A DNA stretch of 37,266 nt from an uncultured Candidatus Saccharibacteria bacterium (lineage in GTDB: Bacteria > Patescibacteriota > Saccharimonadia > Saccharimonadales > Saccharimonadaceae): the NCBI GenBank assembly GCA_964513905.1, contig CAZENS010000007.1, positions 1-37,266 on the forward strand, given 5' to 3'. Under the pieces are notes generated by a model. That model ran no database searches and was not told the origin of the DNA. It saw only the letters and a program-made list of their open reading frames with translations. This document shows, in pieces, positions 1 through 8,543 of this stretch (positions are counted from its first letter, which is position 1; the number at the start of each line of letters is the position of its first letter). A program made the translations under genes and the position numbers.

Positions 1-50
1 CCGATATATCGTGCAGAGACAGCTTACCGTTTGAGGCAAACTACCCACTT

Positions 51-470
51 ATGACATTTGCCGATGAATTTATTGATTTAAGCAGTAAAAATGAACTTAT
101 CGAAAAATACTTAATTAATAATTTCTGGTACCAGAAGGCAAATACGACGAAACGTGAAGAGATTTTAAAACGTGTACAGCACGCTAACGAAAATCTTCAA
201 ATTGTCTTAGATTTTATTGATAAAAAATATGACAAGCTTGGCATGAACTGTCTGCACACCTCAATCGCCGGTTCGTACATTTACTCTGACAAACCGGGTG
301 ATATCGACCTTGACGTCATAGTGAATGGATCTTTTTTCGACTACTCTTTTTTTAATGAAGGTGTCGAAATTCTTGAGTGGCTATATTTATCTTCTAACGA
401 TAGGCAGTCTGTGCGCCAGAGTCTTTACAGAAAAGATTTGTTAAAGACCAGACCCTTGAAGCGAAATTAA
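51..470 (+). CDS. Hypothetical protein with a Pol-beta-type nucleotidyltransferase motif (possibly truncated)
   Basis: 139-aa ORF. 'IAGSYIYSDKPGDIDLDVIV' fits the minimal NTase signature hG[GS]-x(9-13)-DxD. The C-terminal ~30 aa look unrelated. No search was possible. Confidence 0.35.
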   Translation: MTFADEFIDLSSKNELIEKYLINNFWYQKANTTKREEILKRVQHANENLQIVLDFIDKKYDKLGMNCLHTSIAGSYIYSDKPGDIDLDVIVNGSFFDYSFFNEGVEILEWLYLSSNDRQSVRQSLYRKDLLKTRPLKRN

Positions 471-518
471 CATAACTACGAGAACGCCTCTCATTTAATG
501 ATAAGATAGCAGTCAGAC

Positions 519-857
519 ATGAACACACAACTCTTACGACTTGCCACCGTACCATTTGACTCTATTACATCCGGCGCATAAACAATCGAATCAAGACTTT
601 ATGATGAGAAACGCCAAACTATCCAACTTGGCGACACCGTTGTATTCACCAACCGAGAAAATACCGACCAGACTGTTTCCGTGAAAGTCGTTGGACTACT
701 TCGCTACGAAACATTTCACGATCTTTTCGCACATAACAGCACAGTAAAGTTTGGCGGTGAGAGTGTCGAATGGCTTGAAAGCCAAATCAACGAGTACTGC
801 TCCATTGACCAGCAGAAAAAGAACGGTGTCATTGGCATCAAATTCGAGCTGGCATAG
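519..857 (+). pseudogene. ASCH-domain protein gene interrupted by one in-frame TAA (579-581)
   Basis: Hand translation from ATG 519 gives MNTQLLRLATVPFDSITSGA*TIESRLYDEKRQTIQLGDTVVFTN...NGVIGIKFELA, ending at TAG 855-857. The stop replaces the conserved Lys of the ASCH 'G-x-K-T-I-E-x-R' motif (AAA to TAA, one base). The ORF track lists only a spurious same-strand ORF in another frame (751..933) and an antisense ORF (716..952) here. Confidence 0.7.
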
Positions 858-1108
858 CTGCATTTACCTCTATACTCTCGAACATGGAGCGCCTCGGCGT
901 TCACGTCATCAAGGTCGAGAAGCGGTAGGGTAATTAACAAGGGAGAGCGCACTCCTTAGCAGGGGAAATCCGCTTGAATAATGCGAGTGACTTGGTCTGA
1001 TGTCACTGATATCAGCCTAAGGTACCGGACAACTGGCCTGTTTTTCTTTGGAAATTATATTACACCACAATAAGTTCGGTAATCATCCTGGAGCCCCTGC
1101 CGCATAAG

Positions 1109-1131
1109 CCTCTCTTTTGGAGTGGTTTTTT
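1109..1131 (+). terminator. Weak candidate intrinsic terminator
   Basis: CCTCTC-ttttg-GAGTGG stem (5 of 6 pairs) followed by TTTTTT. It lies just upstream of the next promoter. Confidence 0.3.
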
Positions 1132-1167
1132 ATTACCGTAACACAGATAGCTAACTATAGATTTTTT

Positions 1168-1176
1168 TGCTATAAT
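1168..1176 (+). promoter_or_regulatory. Extended -10 promoter element TGCTATAAT
   Basis: TGnTATAAT lies 8 nt upstream of ATG 1185 with no Shine-Dalgarno in between. Confidence 0.5.
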
Positions 1177-1184
1177 ATACAACT

Positions 1185-1802
1185 ATGAAATCATTGAGTC
1201 TTTCCGTTCCACGAGTTTTAATTTTAGTAGGCACACCAGGTGCTGGAAAAACATACTTTGCTGAAAAATTTTCTGAAATGTTTTCGGCGCCCATCATTAA
1301 TCAAGAGGTAATTCGCGCCACACTGACCGAAAATCAGCAGTACACCGCAACGGAGGATAGACAAGTAGCTGCTATTTCTCAGTTAATGCTTGATCAGTTC
1401 CTGCGAACAAATAAAACCTTTCTGTATGAAGGCGGTCTTGAGGCACGATCTGCTCGTACGAATTTAATAAAACATATTCGAACTGCAGGCTACGAGCCGA
1501 TGATTATATGGGTTCAAACAGAGCAAAATACCGCCAAGCAACGTGCAGTAAAGGGGGTAAGAGGTCATACAAACCAACTTATATCCGAAAATCGCTACGA
1601 ACAGTTGGTACAAAAGTTCACTCCGCCAAATGAATCAGAAAAACCAGTGGTTATTAGTGGTAAACACACCTATGCCTCACAGGCAAAAATTGTACTAAAG
1701 CGCCTAGCAGACTCACGGCAAAAAGAACAGGGGACTGCGTCTATACAAGTTCCCGAAAGAGCAACTCGCAAGCCAGGCAATATAACAGTAAAGCACTCTT
1801 AG
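1185..1802 (+). CDS. P-loop NTPase / small-molecule or polynucleotide kinase-like protein (AAA_33 / zeta-toxin-like fold)
   Basis: Walker A motif 'LVGTPGAGKTYFAEKF' near the N-terminus. The ~200-aa size is typical of stand-alone P-loop kinases. Confidence 0.65.
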   Translation: MKSLSLSVPRVLILVGTPGAGKTYFAEKFSEMFSAPIINQEVIRATLTENQQYTATEDRQVAAISQLMLDQFLRTNKTFLYEGGLEARSARTNLIKHIRTAGYEPMIIWVQTEQNTAKQRAVKGVRGHTNQLISENRYEQLVQKFTPPNESEKPVVISGKHTYASQAKIVLKRLADSRQKEQGTASIQVPERATRKPGNITVKHS

Positions 1803-1806
1803 TCGC

Positions 1807-2502
1807 GTGGCAGTAAAATCTTTTACCGATAAAGAGTTCGGTGAAATTGATATATATTACATAAAAACAGCTCGTCATATTAAGATTGGCCTGCATGTAA
1901 CTGGAAAACTTCGGGCAACGGCACCCCTGCGCACACCAAAGATGTTGATACGACAACTTGTAAATACGTCCCGGCCTTCGATTAGACGAATGCTCGAGGA
2001 TCAAACGAGTAACGCTACATATTCGAATGGTGATCGTATCGGAAAAAGACACGCACTGCTTGTAACAACCGGTGCAGCTACTTCAATAAAACGAGAAAAA
2101 AGTACTATCCACCTCACGTTAGCTTCAGGCAAATCTGCATCAGATAGAGATGTGCAGCAAATGATCAGACCAGAAGTGATAAAAGCACTACGAAAAGAGG
2201 CGAAGGAATATCTACCCCAACGACTAGCACTTCTGTCTGAAAAACTTGGCTACTCATATATAAAGGTAAAACTATCGCACGCAAGTACACGCTGGGGAAG
2301 CTGTAGCAGTAGCGGAACTATCAGCCTTAATATAGCTTTAATGAAATTACCGTTTAACTTAATAGATTACGTCATTATTCATGAGCTTTGTCACACGAAA
2401 GAGTTAAATCACAGCGATCGTTTTTGGAAACTCGTAGAGGAAGCCGATCAAGATTACAGGAAACATATGTCTGCACTGAAAAGTCATAGTCCAACTATTT
2501 AA
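1807..2502 (+). CDS. YgjP-like (DUF45 / M48-family) metal-dependent hydrolase
   Basis: GTG start 4 nt after the upstream stop. C-terminal 'WGSCSSSGTISLN...VIIHELCHTKELNHSDRFWKLVEE' is the characteristic DUF45 HExxH block. Confidence 0.75.
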   Translation: MAVKSFTDKEFGEIDIYYIKTARHIKIGLHVTGKLRATAPLRTPKMLIRQLVNTSRPSIRRMLEDQTSNATYSNGDRIGKRHALLVTTGAATSIKREKSTIHLTLASGKSASDRDVQQMIRPEVIKALRKEAKEYLPQRLALLSEKLGYSYIKVKLSHASTRWGSCSSSGTISLNIALMKLPFNLIDYVIIHELCHTKELNHSDRFWKLVEEADQDYRKHMSALKSHSPTI

Positions 2503-2536
2503 AAACCGTAAGCTTTATCGTATACTGGACGTAACG

Positions 2537-4195
2537 ATGGGCAAATCAGCAAAAGATCCGAACAGGAGAAAGGCGCGGACAGATTTATGGATGCGAATTG
2601 CAAACCTATTCTTTCCTTTGTTTATTATCCATCAGGGATTTTTGGTAAAATTTGGTGCGCTAAACCAAGCAAAGTACGTAAGTGACTACATCTTTTTTCC
2701 GCTGGCAGCGCTACTTGTATTACTAACCGTATATAATACGCTAGCGCCAGTCAAAGAGGGTGTAATGAAGTATGTCCGCACATATGGACTGCAGCTTCTA
2801 GCGCTCACTTTAGTTTTTACAACATACGGTTTCGCATCTCCACTTACTCCATGTTTTGTATTGATGCTTTTTGATGCCTATAGAATACTCGGGCTGCGCG
2901 GGCTCACATTTAGTGCGTTAATTATGGCAGTATTTTCTGCCGCAGATGTGTACCAGACTGTTTCACTCCATATCCCAAGTACTTCAAGTGTATTCCTCTT
3001 CACGGGTGCTGCGGCTTTCTTGGCTGCTGTACTGTTTATAATTGTAAAAATTCAGATTGTACGACAAGAAGTGCTAGAATACAGCCGTGCACAGGCAGAA
3101 ACTGAGCGGTATCGTATTACGACACTGATGAATAACCTTAGCCAGGGTGTTTTGAGTATCGACAAAAAGGGAATCATCCGCACCTATAACGCAGCAACGC
3201 TCAATATCCTTGATACGAACGATACACTCAGCGGTAAACATATTGATGAAATACTTCACGTAAAAGACGATGCCGGCAATCGCGTTAATGTATTTGAATT
3301 GATGCGTCGAGATAGGTACTACTATGTGCGAGATGATTTATTCTACCACTATAGTGACGATGTCATCCGCCTGGAGGTTTCGATTACACCAATTCGCGCC
3401 GGCAATACTACAGAAGATGACGAGTCTGGAATATCAAAAGGCTTTCTTGTGCTGCTTCGGGATATTACAAAACAAAAAAATCTTGATGAAGAGCGTGACG
3501 AATTTATTAGTGTTGTGAGCCATGAATTGCGGACACCACTGACAATTGCAGAAGGTACACTCGATAACATGAAAATATTATACGAAAAAAATCTTGCAAC
3601 GGTTGAAAGGGTCAAGCCTGCGCTAGAGGCCGCGCATGAGCAAATAATCTTTCTAGCGCGCATGGTAAACGACCTTAGTACCCTTTCTCGCGCCGAACGA
3701 GGCGTGGCCGATTCACCAGAAGACATAAATATCAATGAACTCTGCGATTCGCTTTATGTCGAGTACTCGCAACAAGCCACCGAAATCGGACTATCCTTTA
3801 ATCTGGATGTAAAGCCCCAGATCGGCAGCGTTCATACAAGCCGACTGTATCTTGTTGAGTTGCTTCAAAATTTTATTACGAACGCCATTAAGTACACAAA
3901 AGAGGGTAGCATTACAATTCGTGCTGAAGTCAAAAAAGAGATGGTCGTTTTATCAGTTATCGACACTGGAATTGGCATGAGTAAAACCGACCAAAAGAAG
4001 ATATACGATAAGTTCTATCGCAGTGAGGATTATCGCACTCGCGAAAGTCGAGGAACAGGGCTAGGACTTTACGTTGCGAGTAAGCTTGCACGCAAGATAG
4101 ACACAAAGATCGAACTAAAAAGTAGGCTAAACCACGGATCAACTTTTAGTATTGCGCTGCCGCTCGCTAAGCCAGAAGCAACGTCAAAAAAGTAA
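2537..4195 (+). CDS. Membrane sensor histidine kinase (multi-TM N-terminus, PAS, HisKA, HATPase_c); no adjacent response regulator
   Basis: H-box 'SHELRTPLT', G-boxes 'DTGIGM' and 'GTGLGLYV', a PAS-like 'LSQGVLSIDKKGIIRTYNAA', and about 5-6 hydrophobic helices in the first 180 aa. Confidence 0.85.
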   Translation: MGKSAKDPNRRKARTDLWMRIANLFFPLFIIHQGFLVKFGALNQAKYVSDYIFFPLAALLVLLTVYNTLAPVKEGVMKYVRTYGLQLLALTLVFTTYGFASPLTPCFVLMLFDAYRILGLRGLTFSALIMAVFSAADVYQTVSLHIPSTSSVFLFTGAAAFLAAVLFIIVKIQIVRQEVLEYSRAQAETERYRITTLMNNLSQGVLSIDKKGIIRTYNAATLNILDTNDTLSGKHIDEILHVKDDAGNRVNVFELMRRDRYYYVRDDLFYHYSDDVIRLEVSITPIRAGNTTEDDESGISKGFLVLLRDITKQKNLDEERDEFISVVSHELRTPLTIAEGTLDNMKILYEKNLATVERVKPALEAAHEQIIFLARMVNDLSTLSRAERGVADSPEDININELCDSLYVEYSQQATEIGLSFNLDVKPQIGSVHTSRLYLVELLQNFITNAIKYTKEGSITIRAEVKKEMVVLSVIDTGIGMSKTDQKKIYDKFYRSEDYRTRESRGTGLGLYVASKLARKIDTKIELKSRLNHGSTFSIALPLAKPEATSKK

Positions 4196-4202
4196 GAACT
4201 TT

Positions 4203-5330
4203 TTATGGTCTGCGAATAGGTAGGCGAGATATTTCTCGCCCTTTCCATGTAACAGTATGAAGTGAATATTTTAGGGCGCTGACGATAAGTAGCCAAATAT
4301 CAATTGCTAAGATGGCGGGATACAAAAGCGCACCAAAAGCAGCACCTTTCGTCCATACGACCCTCAAGTAAACATAGTATGTTGTATAGCAAGCGGAAAT
4401 TACAAGGGCGCCCAATAGCCTAAAGAAGATACTGTCCGTAAAGAGGGTGAAGATAGGAGCAGCGAGCATGGTAATAAGGATACTTGCGGACACAAAAGTC
4501 TTTACATAAGAATTCTGCAAGGAGGGAAAGCGAAGTCGAATGCCAGTTTCGACCTGAGATGATAATAGTTTTTCGTATGATACGCCAAGTAAATCATAGC
4601 TAATTAAAAATCTATAAGAATGTTGCGTGGCAAAGTGAGTGGCAATTGCCGTCTCTGGTTCAGGATCTGACTTAAACTGTTCAAAGCTGCCAATTTCAGA
4701 AAGAAAGCGACGCCTATCAATCATCCACAGGCTACTTGCTGCAATCGGACGTTTAGATGTATGTCTAATCAACTTCCAAAAATAACGAAACGGCGCGAAT
4801 AGCACACTTGTGCGAAATGTATTTAACCGAAGCGGCAACACGGATACCATGCCTATTTTTGCTGCCTGGGCGTACGCAACCAATTGCCCAATCGTGTCCG
4901 GCTTAATGATCGTATCGACATCCATAAAAATAACATAGGTTCCACTCGATTCTCGAAGAAGATCCGCTAGGGCATTATTTTTACCCAACCAGCCCTCTTT
5001 CAGCTCCGAGCCTTCCACGAACCGCACGCCATCTCGTGCAAATGACTTAATTAAGCTCGATGTTCCGTCCATCGAGCTGTCATCACATACAACTATCTCC
5101 ATTTTTGGATAACTACTTGAAAGAACGTTCTCCAGGCATCTGGTCATAGCGTGGCGCTCATTACGGGCGGGGATACAAACGGTAACGCTCGGAAGGTCGT
5201 ATAGCATTCCGGCGGCACTTATCTTTTTACGGCGATGAAATAACTTTATTGATCGCACTAGTCGACACAAGGCAGTAATGGCCAGCGCTAAACACACTCC
5301 GTTTACTATTGCTACTGCCCATACAAACAT
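4203..5330 (-). CDS. Family 2 glycosyltransferase, membrane-anchored
   Basis: 'VCIPARNE', 'VVCDDSSMDGT' and 'FMDVDT' (DxD), plus C-terminal TM helices. I place the start at ATG 5330 (MFVWAV...) because TGCTACAAT lies 6 nt upstream. The track ORF extends to a TTG at 5363. Confidence 0.8.
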   Translation of the reverse strand: MFVWAVAIVNGVCLALAITALCRLVRSIKLFHRRKKISAAGMLYDLPSVTVCIPARNERHAMTRCLENVLSSSYPKMEIVVCDDSSMDGTSSLIKSFARDGVRFVEGSELKEGWLGKNNALADLLRESSGTYVIFMDVDTIIKPDTIGQLVAYAQAAKIGMVSVLPLRLNTFRTSVLFAPFRYFWKLIRHTSKRPIAASSLWMIDRRRFLSEIGSFEQFKSDPEPETAIATHFATQHSYRFLISYDLLGVSYEKLLSSQVETGIRLRFPSLQNSYVKTFVSASILITMLAAPIFTLFTDSIFFRLLGALVISACYTTYYVYLRVVWTKGAAFGALLYPAILAIDIWLLIVSALKYSLHTVTWKGREISRLPIRRP

Positions 5331-5336
5331 AAGCTT

Positions 5337-5345
5337 ATTGTAGCA
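5337..5345 (-). promoter_or_regulatory. Extended -10 (TGCTACAAT) for the GT2 gene; leaderless configuration
   Basis: The reverse complement of 5337-5345 is TGCTACAAT, followed by 6 nt and then the ATG. Confidence 0.5.
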
Positions 5346-5349
5346 TAGC

Positions 5350-5378
5350 TTGACACCGTACAAACCAAGCGGTATACT
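5350..5378 (+). promoter_or_regulatory. Sigma70-type promoter for secE-nusG
   Basis: TTGACA (5350-5355), a 17-nt spacer, then TATACT (5373-5378). Confidence 0.6.
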
Positions 5379-5428
5379 AGCACTTGACAGTCTGCAGAAA
5401 GCAGACTATTTAAATTGGGAGATTTCTT

Positions 5429-5845
5429 GTGGCAGAAGGTAAGAAAAAAAAGACTTCAACAGTTCGAACCCGAGTTGTAAGTTCCGACGATGCGTCGTCT
5501 TCTAAAATAAAAAAAGAGCGAAACACAACAAAAAAGAAAGGTAACGCCAAGGCAAAGACTGCACCAAAGGTTGAGCAATCAGCTGCTGTAAAGCCAGAAA
5601 AAAAGAACGTTTCATTAAAAGACAAAATTAAGAGTCGCCAAACCAAGAAAAAGCCAGCGACAAATACAAAAAATGTTGGCTACTTTAAGGGGGCGTGGCA
5701 CGAGCTTCGACAAGTACGGTGGCCAAACCGAAAAGCAACCTGGGGATTAACACTTGCAGTAATTCTATACTCTGCATTTTTTGTAGTGCTAGTATTACTC
5801 TTGGATGCTGGATTTAAATATTTATTTGATTTTATTATAAAGTAA
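5429..5845 (+). CDS. secE: Preprotein translocase subunit SecE with a Lys-rich N-terminal tail
   Basis: The C-terminal 'FFKGAWHELRQVRWPNRKATWGLTLAVILYSAFFVVLVLLLD' is the SecE TM segment. GTG start with GGGAG 8 nt upstream. It sits immediately upstream of nusG. Confidence 0.8.
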   Translation: MAEGKKKKTSTVRTRVVSSDDASSSKIKKERNTTKKKGNAKAKTAPKVEQSAAVKPEKKNVSLKDKIKSRQTKKKPATNTKNVGYFKGAWHELRQVRWPNRKATWGLTLAVILYSAFFVVLVLLLDAGFKYLFDFIIK

Positions 5846-5860
5846 GGAAACACTTATATT

Positions 5861-6406
5861 ATGGCACGAAAACGATACGACTCAACCCGACAATGGTACG
5901 CAGTGCATACCTATAGCGGATACGAAGATAAGGTTGCAGATAGCATTCGACAACGCATAAATGCAGTTGATATGGCTGATAAAATCTTCGACGTCCTTGT
6001 ACCAAAGGAAAAACAAATTGAAATTAAAAACAGCAAACGCAAAGTTGTTGATCGAAAAATCTTCCAGGGCTATTGTCTTGTTGAGATGAAGCTGACTGAA
6101 GAAACATGGTATATCGTTCGAAATACTCCCGGCGTAACTGGTTTTGTTGGCAGTGGCACGGAACCGACTCCAGTGTCTGATGCAGAAATCAAGAAAATCA
6201 AGAAGCGCATGGGCGTTGAGGAGCCAAAGCACCAAATCGATCTGTCTGAAGGTGAGGTTGTTTCGATCATTGACGGCCCATTCAAAGGTTTCGATGGCAC
6301 TGTTTCTGAAATTGACACCGTTAAGGGTAAGGTAAAGGTTATGGTGAGTATGTTCGGCCGCGACACACCAGTTGAGCTTGACGCGCTGCAGGTGAATAAG
6401 GTTTAG
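5861..6406 (+). CDS. nusG: Transcription termination/antitermination factor NusG
   Basis: NGN domain 'WYAVHTYSGYEDKV' and KOW domain 'GEVVSIIDGPFKGFDGTVSEID'. Confidence 0.95.
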   Translation: MARKRYDSTRQWYAVHTYSGYEDKVADSIRQRINAVDMADKIFDVLVPKEKQIEIKNSKRKVVDRKIFQGYCLVEMKLTEETWYIVRNTPGVTGFVGSGTEPTPVSDAEIKKIKKRMGVEEPKHQIDLSEGEVVSIIDGPFKGFDGTVSEIDTVKGKVKVMVSMFGRDTPVELDALQVNKV

Positions 6407-6427
6407 GTTTTCTAGCTTATTTATAAT

Positions 6428-6461
6428 AGTCACCCTACTAATCGGGTGGCTATTTTATTTT
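6428..6461 (+). terminator. Intrinsic terminator after nusG
   Basis: AGTCACCC / GGGTGGCT forms an 8-bp stem (one G-U pair) with an 8-nt loop, followed by a T-rich tract. Confidence 0.6.
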
Positions 6462-7039
6462 TAGAAAATATCTTTATAGGAAAGATGCCAGACTTTTACG
6501 AGCAAGTACTGAAAAATAAAAAGTACTACTGACAAGATTGCACAGCCGTAAATCAAAAAACTTGGTAAATTATAGACTATGTCCTTGTCAAATCCGAACA
6601 ACCCTACAAGCGTAACTGCAAACAGTAAACATGCGCTAATTATCTTTATGCGCAACATCGAATCGTGACTCCGCTTCATACTACTATTATCGATAATCCA
6701 TCTTGGAATTCGTTGAAAATATTGGCCGATAAAATAGGGCAACAATAAGACAATCACAGCTACGCTAAGCACGATAGGTACGCTAAGAAGTACGCTCCAC
6801 AAAAATCCACTCGATTGCCCCTTTGTACCTTCAGCCTGCATTACGCTAGCATGTACTGTATCTGTAGAAACGCCATCTTTAAGTATGAACTGCGATACAC
6901 CTAAAAGCATAATCAGTATAAAAAACGCCCAACCAAATAGTAAAAAATAATAGCCAAGACCGCCAATATAATTGGTAGCTACTACTTTTTTTGATATTTT
7001 TTTACCAAAAACACGCCGCTGTTTGCTTGATTTCTTCAT
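6461..7039 (-). CDS. Hypothetical 4-TM membrane protein
   Basis: 192-aa ORF with a basic N-terminus and four hydrophobic helices. No recognisable family. Confidence 0.55.
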   Translation of the reverse strand: MKKSSKQRRVFGKKISKKVVATNYIGGLGYYFLLFGWAFFILIMLLGVSQFILKDGVSTDTVHASVMQAEGTKGQSSGFLWSVLLSVPIVLSVAVIVLLLPYFIGQYFQRIPRWIIDNSSMKRSHDSMLRIKIISACLLFAVTLVGLFGFDKDIVYNLPSFLIYGCAILSVVLFIFQYLLVKVWHLSYKDIF

Positions 7040-7071
7040 TCATCCTTTAGTATAACAAGCAAGGCTTATGT

Positions 7072-7100
7072 TTGCATATAGAACAAAGATTTAGTATAAT
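7072..7100 (+). promoter_or_regulatory. Candidate promoter for rplK
   Basis: TTGCAT, a 17-nt spacer, then TATAAT (7095-7100). Confidence 0.4.
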
Positions 7101-7155
7101 ACCAACTGTTACGCACTCTGGTAAAACTAGAGTAAAAAGAAGGAATAAGTTAATT

Positions 7156-7581
7156 ATGGCAAAAAAAGTTATTGGTAGCCTTAAGCTACGAATTCCAGCT
7201 GGTCGTGCAACTGCAGGCCCTCCAGTTGGTTCAACATTGGGTCAGCGTGGCTTGAATATGATGGATTTCATTAATCCATTCAACGAAGCTACGAAAGACA
7301 TGATGGGCAAGGACGTAATCGTTCATATGAAGATTTACGAAGATCGATCATTTGACTGGAAGAGTCTAGGCCAGCCTGTTGATGATGCAATTCGTGAAAA
7401 AATTGGCATCAAAAAGGGAAGTGGTAAGCCACACACAGATAAGGTTGGTAAGATTACTCGTGCGCAACTTGCTGAAATCGCTGAGATGAAAAAAGATCAG
7501 CTTAATGCAATCGACGAAGAAGGTCGTATCAAAATTATCGCAGGCAGCGCTCGCTCTATGGGTGTTGAAGTCGTGGACTAA
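7156..7581 (+). CDS. rplK: 50S ribosomal protein L11
   Basis: 'MAKKVIGSLKLRIPAGRATAGPPVGSTLGQRGLNMMDFINPFN'. Start ATG 7156 with an AGAAGGA Shine-Dalgarno. The track ORF is over-extended to 7072. Confidence 0.95.
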   Translation: MAKKVIGSLKLRIPAGRATAGPPVGSTLGQRGLNMMDFINPFNEATKDMMGKDVIVHMKIYEDRSFDWKSLGQPVDDAIREKIGIKKGSGKPHTDKVGKITRAQLAEIAEMKKDQLNAIDEEGRIKIIAGSARSMGVEVVD

Positions 7582-7595
7582 ATCTTTGCTCAATA

Positions 7596-7631
7596 AAAGA
7601 GTATCGCCTTAATCGCGATACTTTTTTATTT
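7596..7631. terminator. Bidirectional intrinsic terminator between rplK and the convergent rpf-like gene
   Basis: GTATCGC-cttaatc-GCGATAC is a perfect 7-bp stem. It is flanked by an A-tract on the 5' side and a T-tract on the 3' side. Confidence 0.7.
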
Positions 7632-7645
7632 ATGTTAATTACTAA

Positions 7646-8317
<672 letters not shown>

Positions 8318-8382
8318 TTATTGATGTAAGAACATGGACATCCATTGTCCAATTAGGGCTGTGTTTAAAAAACACAAGCTCT

Positions 8383-8411
8383 ATAGTATGACACGAAATA
8401 AACCGTGTCAA
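8383..8411 (-). promoter_or_regulatory. Sigma70-type promoter of the rpf-like gene with an embedded inverted repeat
   Basis: On the minus strand: TTGACA, a 17-nt spacer, then TACTAT. The perfect repeat TGACACG-N8-CGTGTCA (8389-8410) covers the -35 box and the spacer. Confidence 0.5.
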
Positions 8412-8474
8412 GCTTTTTTATTAATCACAAGTGCAATCTACTATCAAAAATAATTTTGTATATGCTCGTTAATC

Positions 8475-8483
8475 TGGTATAAT
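8475..8483 (+). promoter_or_regulatory. Extended -10 (TGGTATAAT) for rplA
   Basis: Consensus TGnTATAAT lies 60 nt upstream of the rplA ATG. Confidence 0.5.
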
Positions 8484-8543
8484 TTGTTTGATATATTAAT
8501 GCGTGGGAGACGCTAAGTCGCATGAACCACGAAAGGAGATTTT

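Noticed and set aside
579-581. In-frame TAA in the ASCH gene as stop-codon reassignment or programmed readthrough
   Set aside because: TAA terminates many clearly complete genes in this window, including rplK, thyA and recR. No bacterial TAA sense reassignment is established. A point mutation or sequencing error is far more likely.
716-952. ORFs 716..952 (-) and 751..933 (+) from the track
   Set aside because: Both overlap the 3' part of the ASCH reading frame, which has clear family-like sequence. Neither has initiation signals or recognisable motifs.
5364-5428. The rpmG or tRNA-Trp gene expected upstream of secE
   Set aside because: Only about 65 nt are available, with no cloverleaf and no small ORF. 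The space is taken up by promoter elements and a hairpin.
5882-6433. A 183-aa antisense ORF spanning the whole of nusG
   Set aside because: It lies in the codon-complement frame of a well-supported gene. It stays open simply because nusG avoids TTA, CTA and TCA codons. It has no Shine-Dalgarno or promoter and its composition is odd. The other long antisense ORFs (3349..3735, 15112..15567, 28556..28954, 33162..33728, 36482..36811) are explained the same way.
7072-7155. N-terminal extensions in the longest-ORF calls for rplK (7072), thyA (9586), tmk (12201), the GT-C gene (19723) and greA (30988)
   Set aside because: In each case an internal ATG with a good Shine-Dalgarno or -10 context matches the homologous protein N-terminus. 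The upstream residues are not family-like or overlap the preceding gene.
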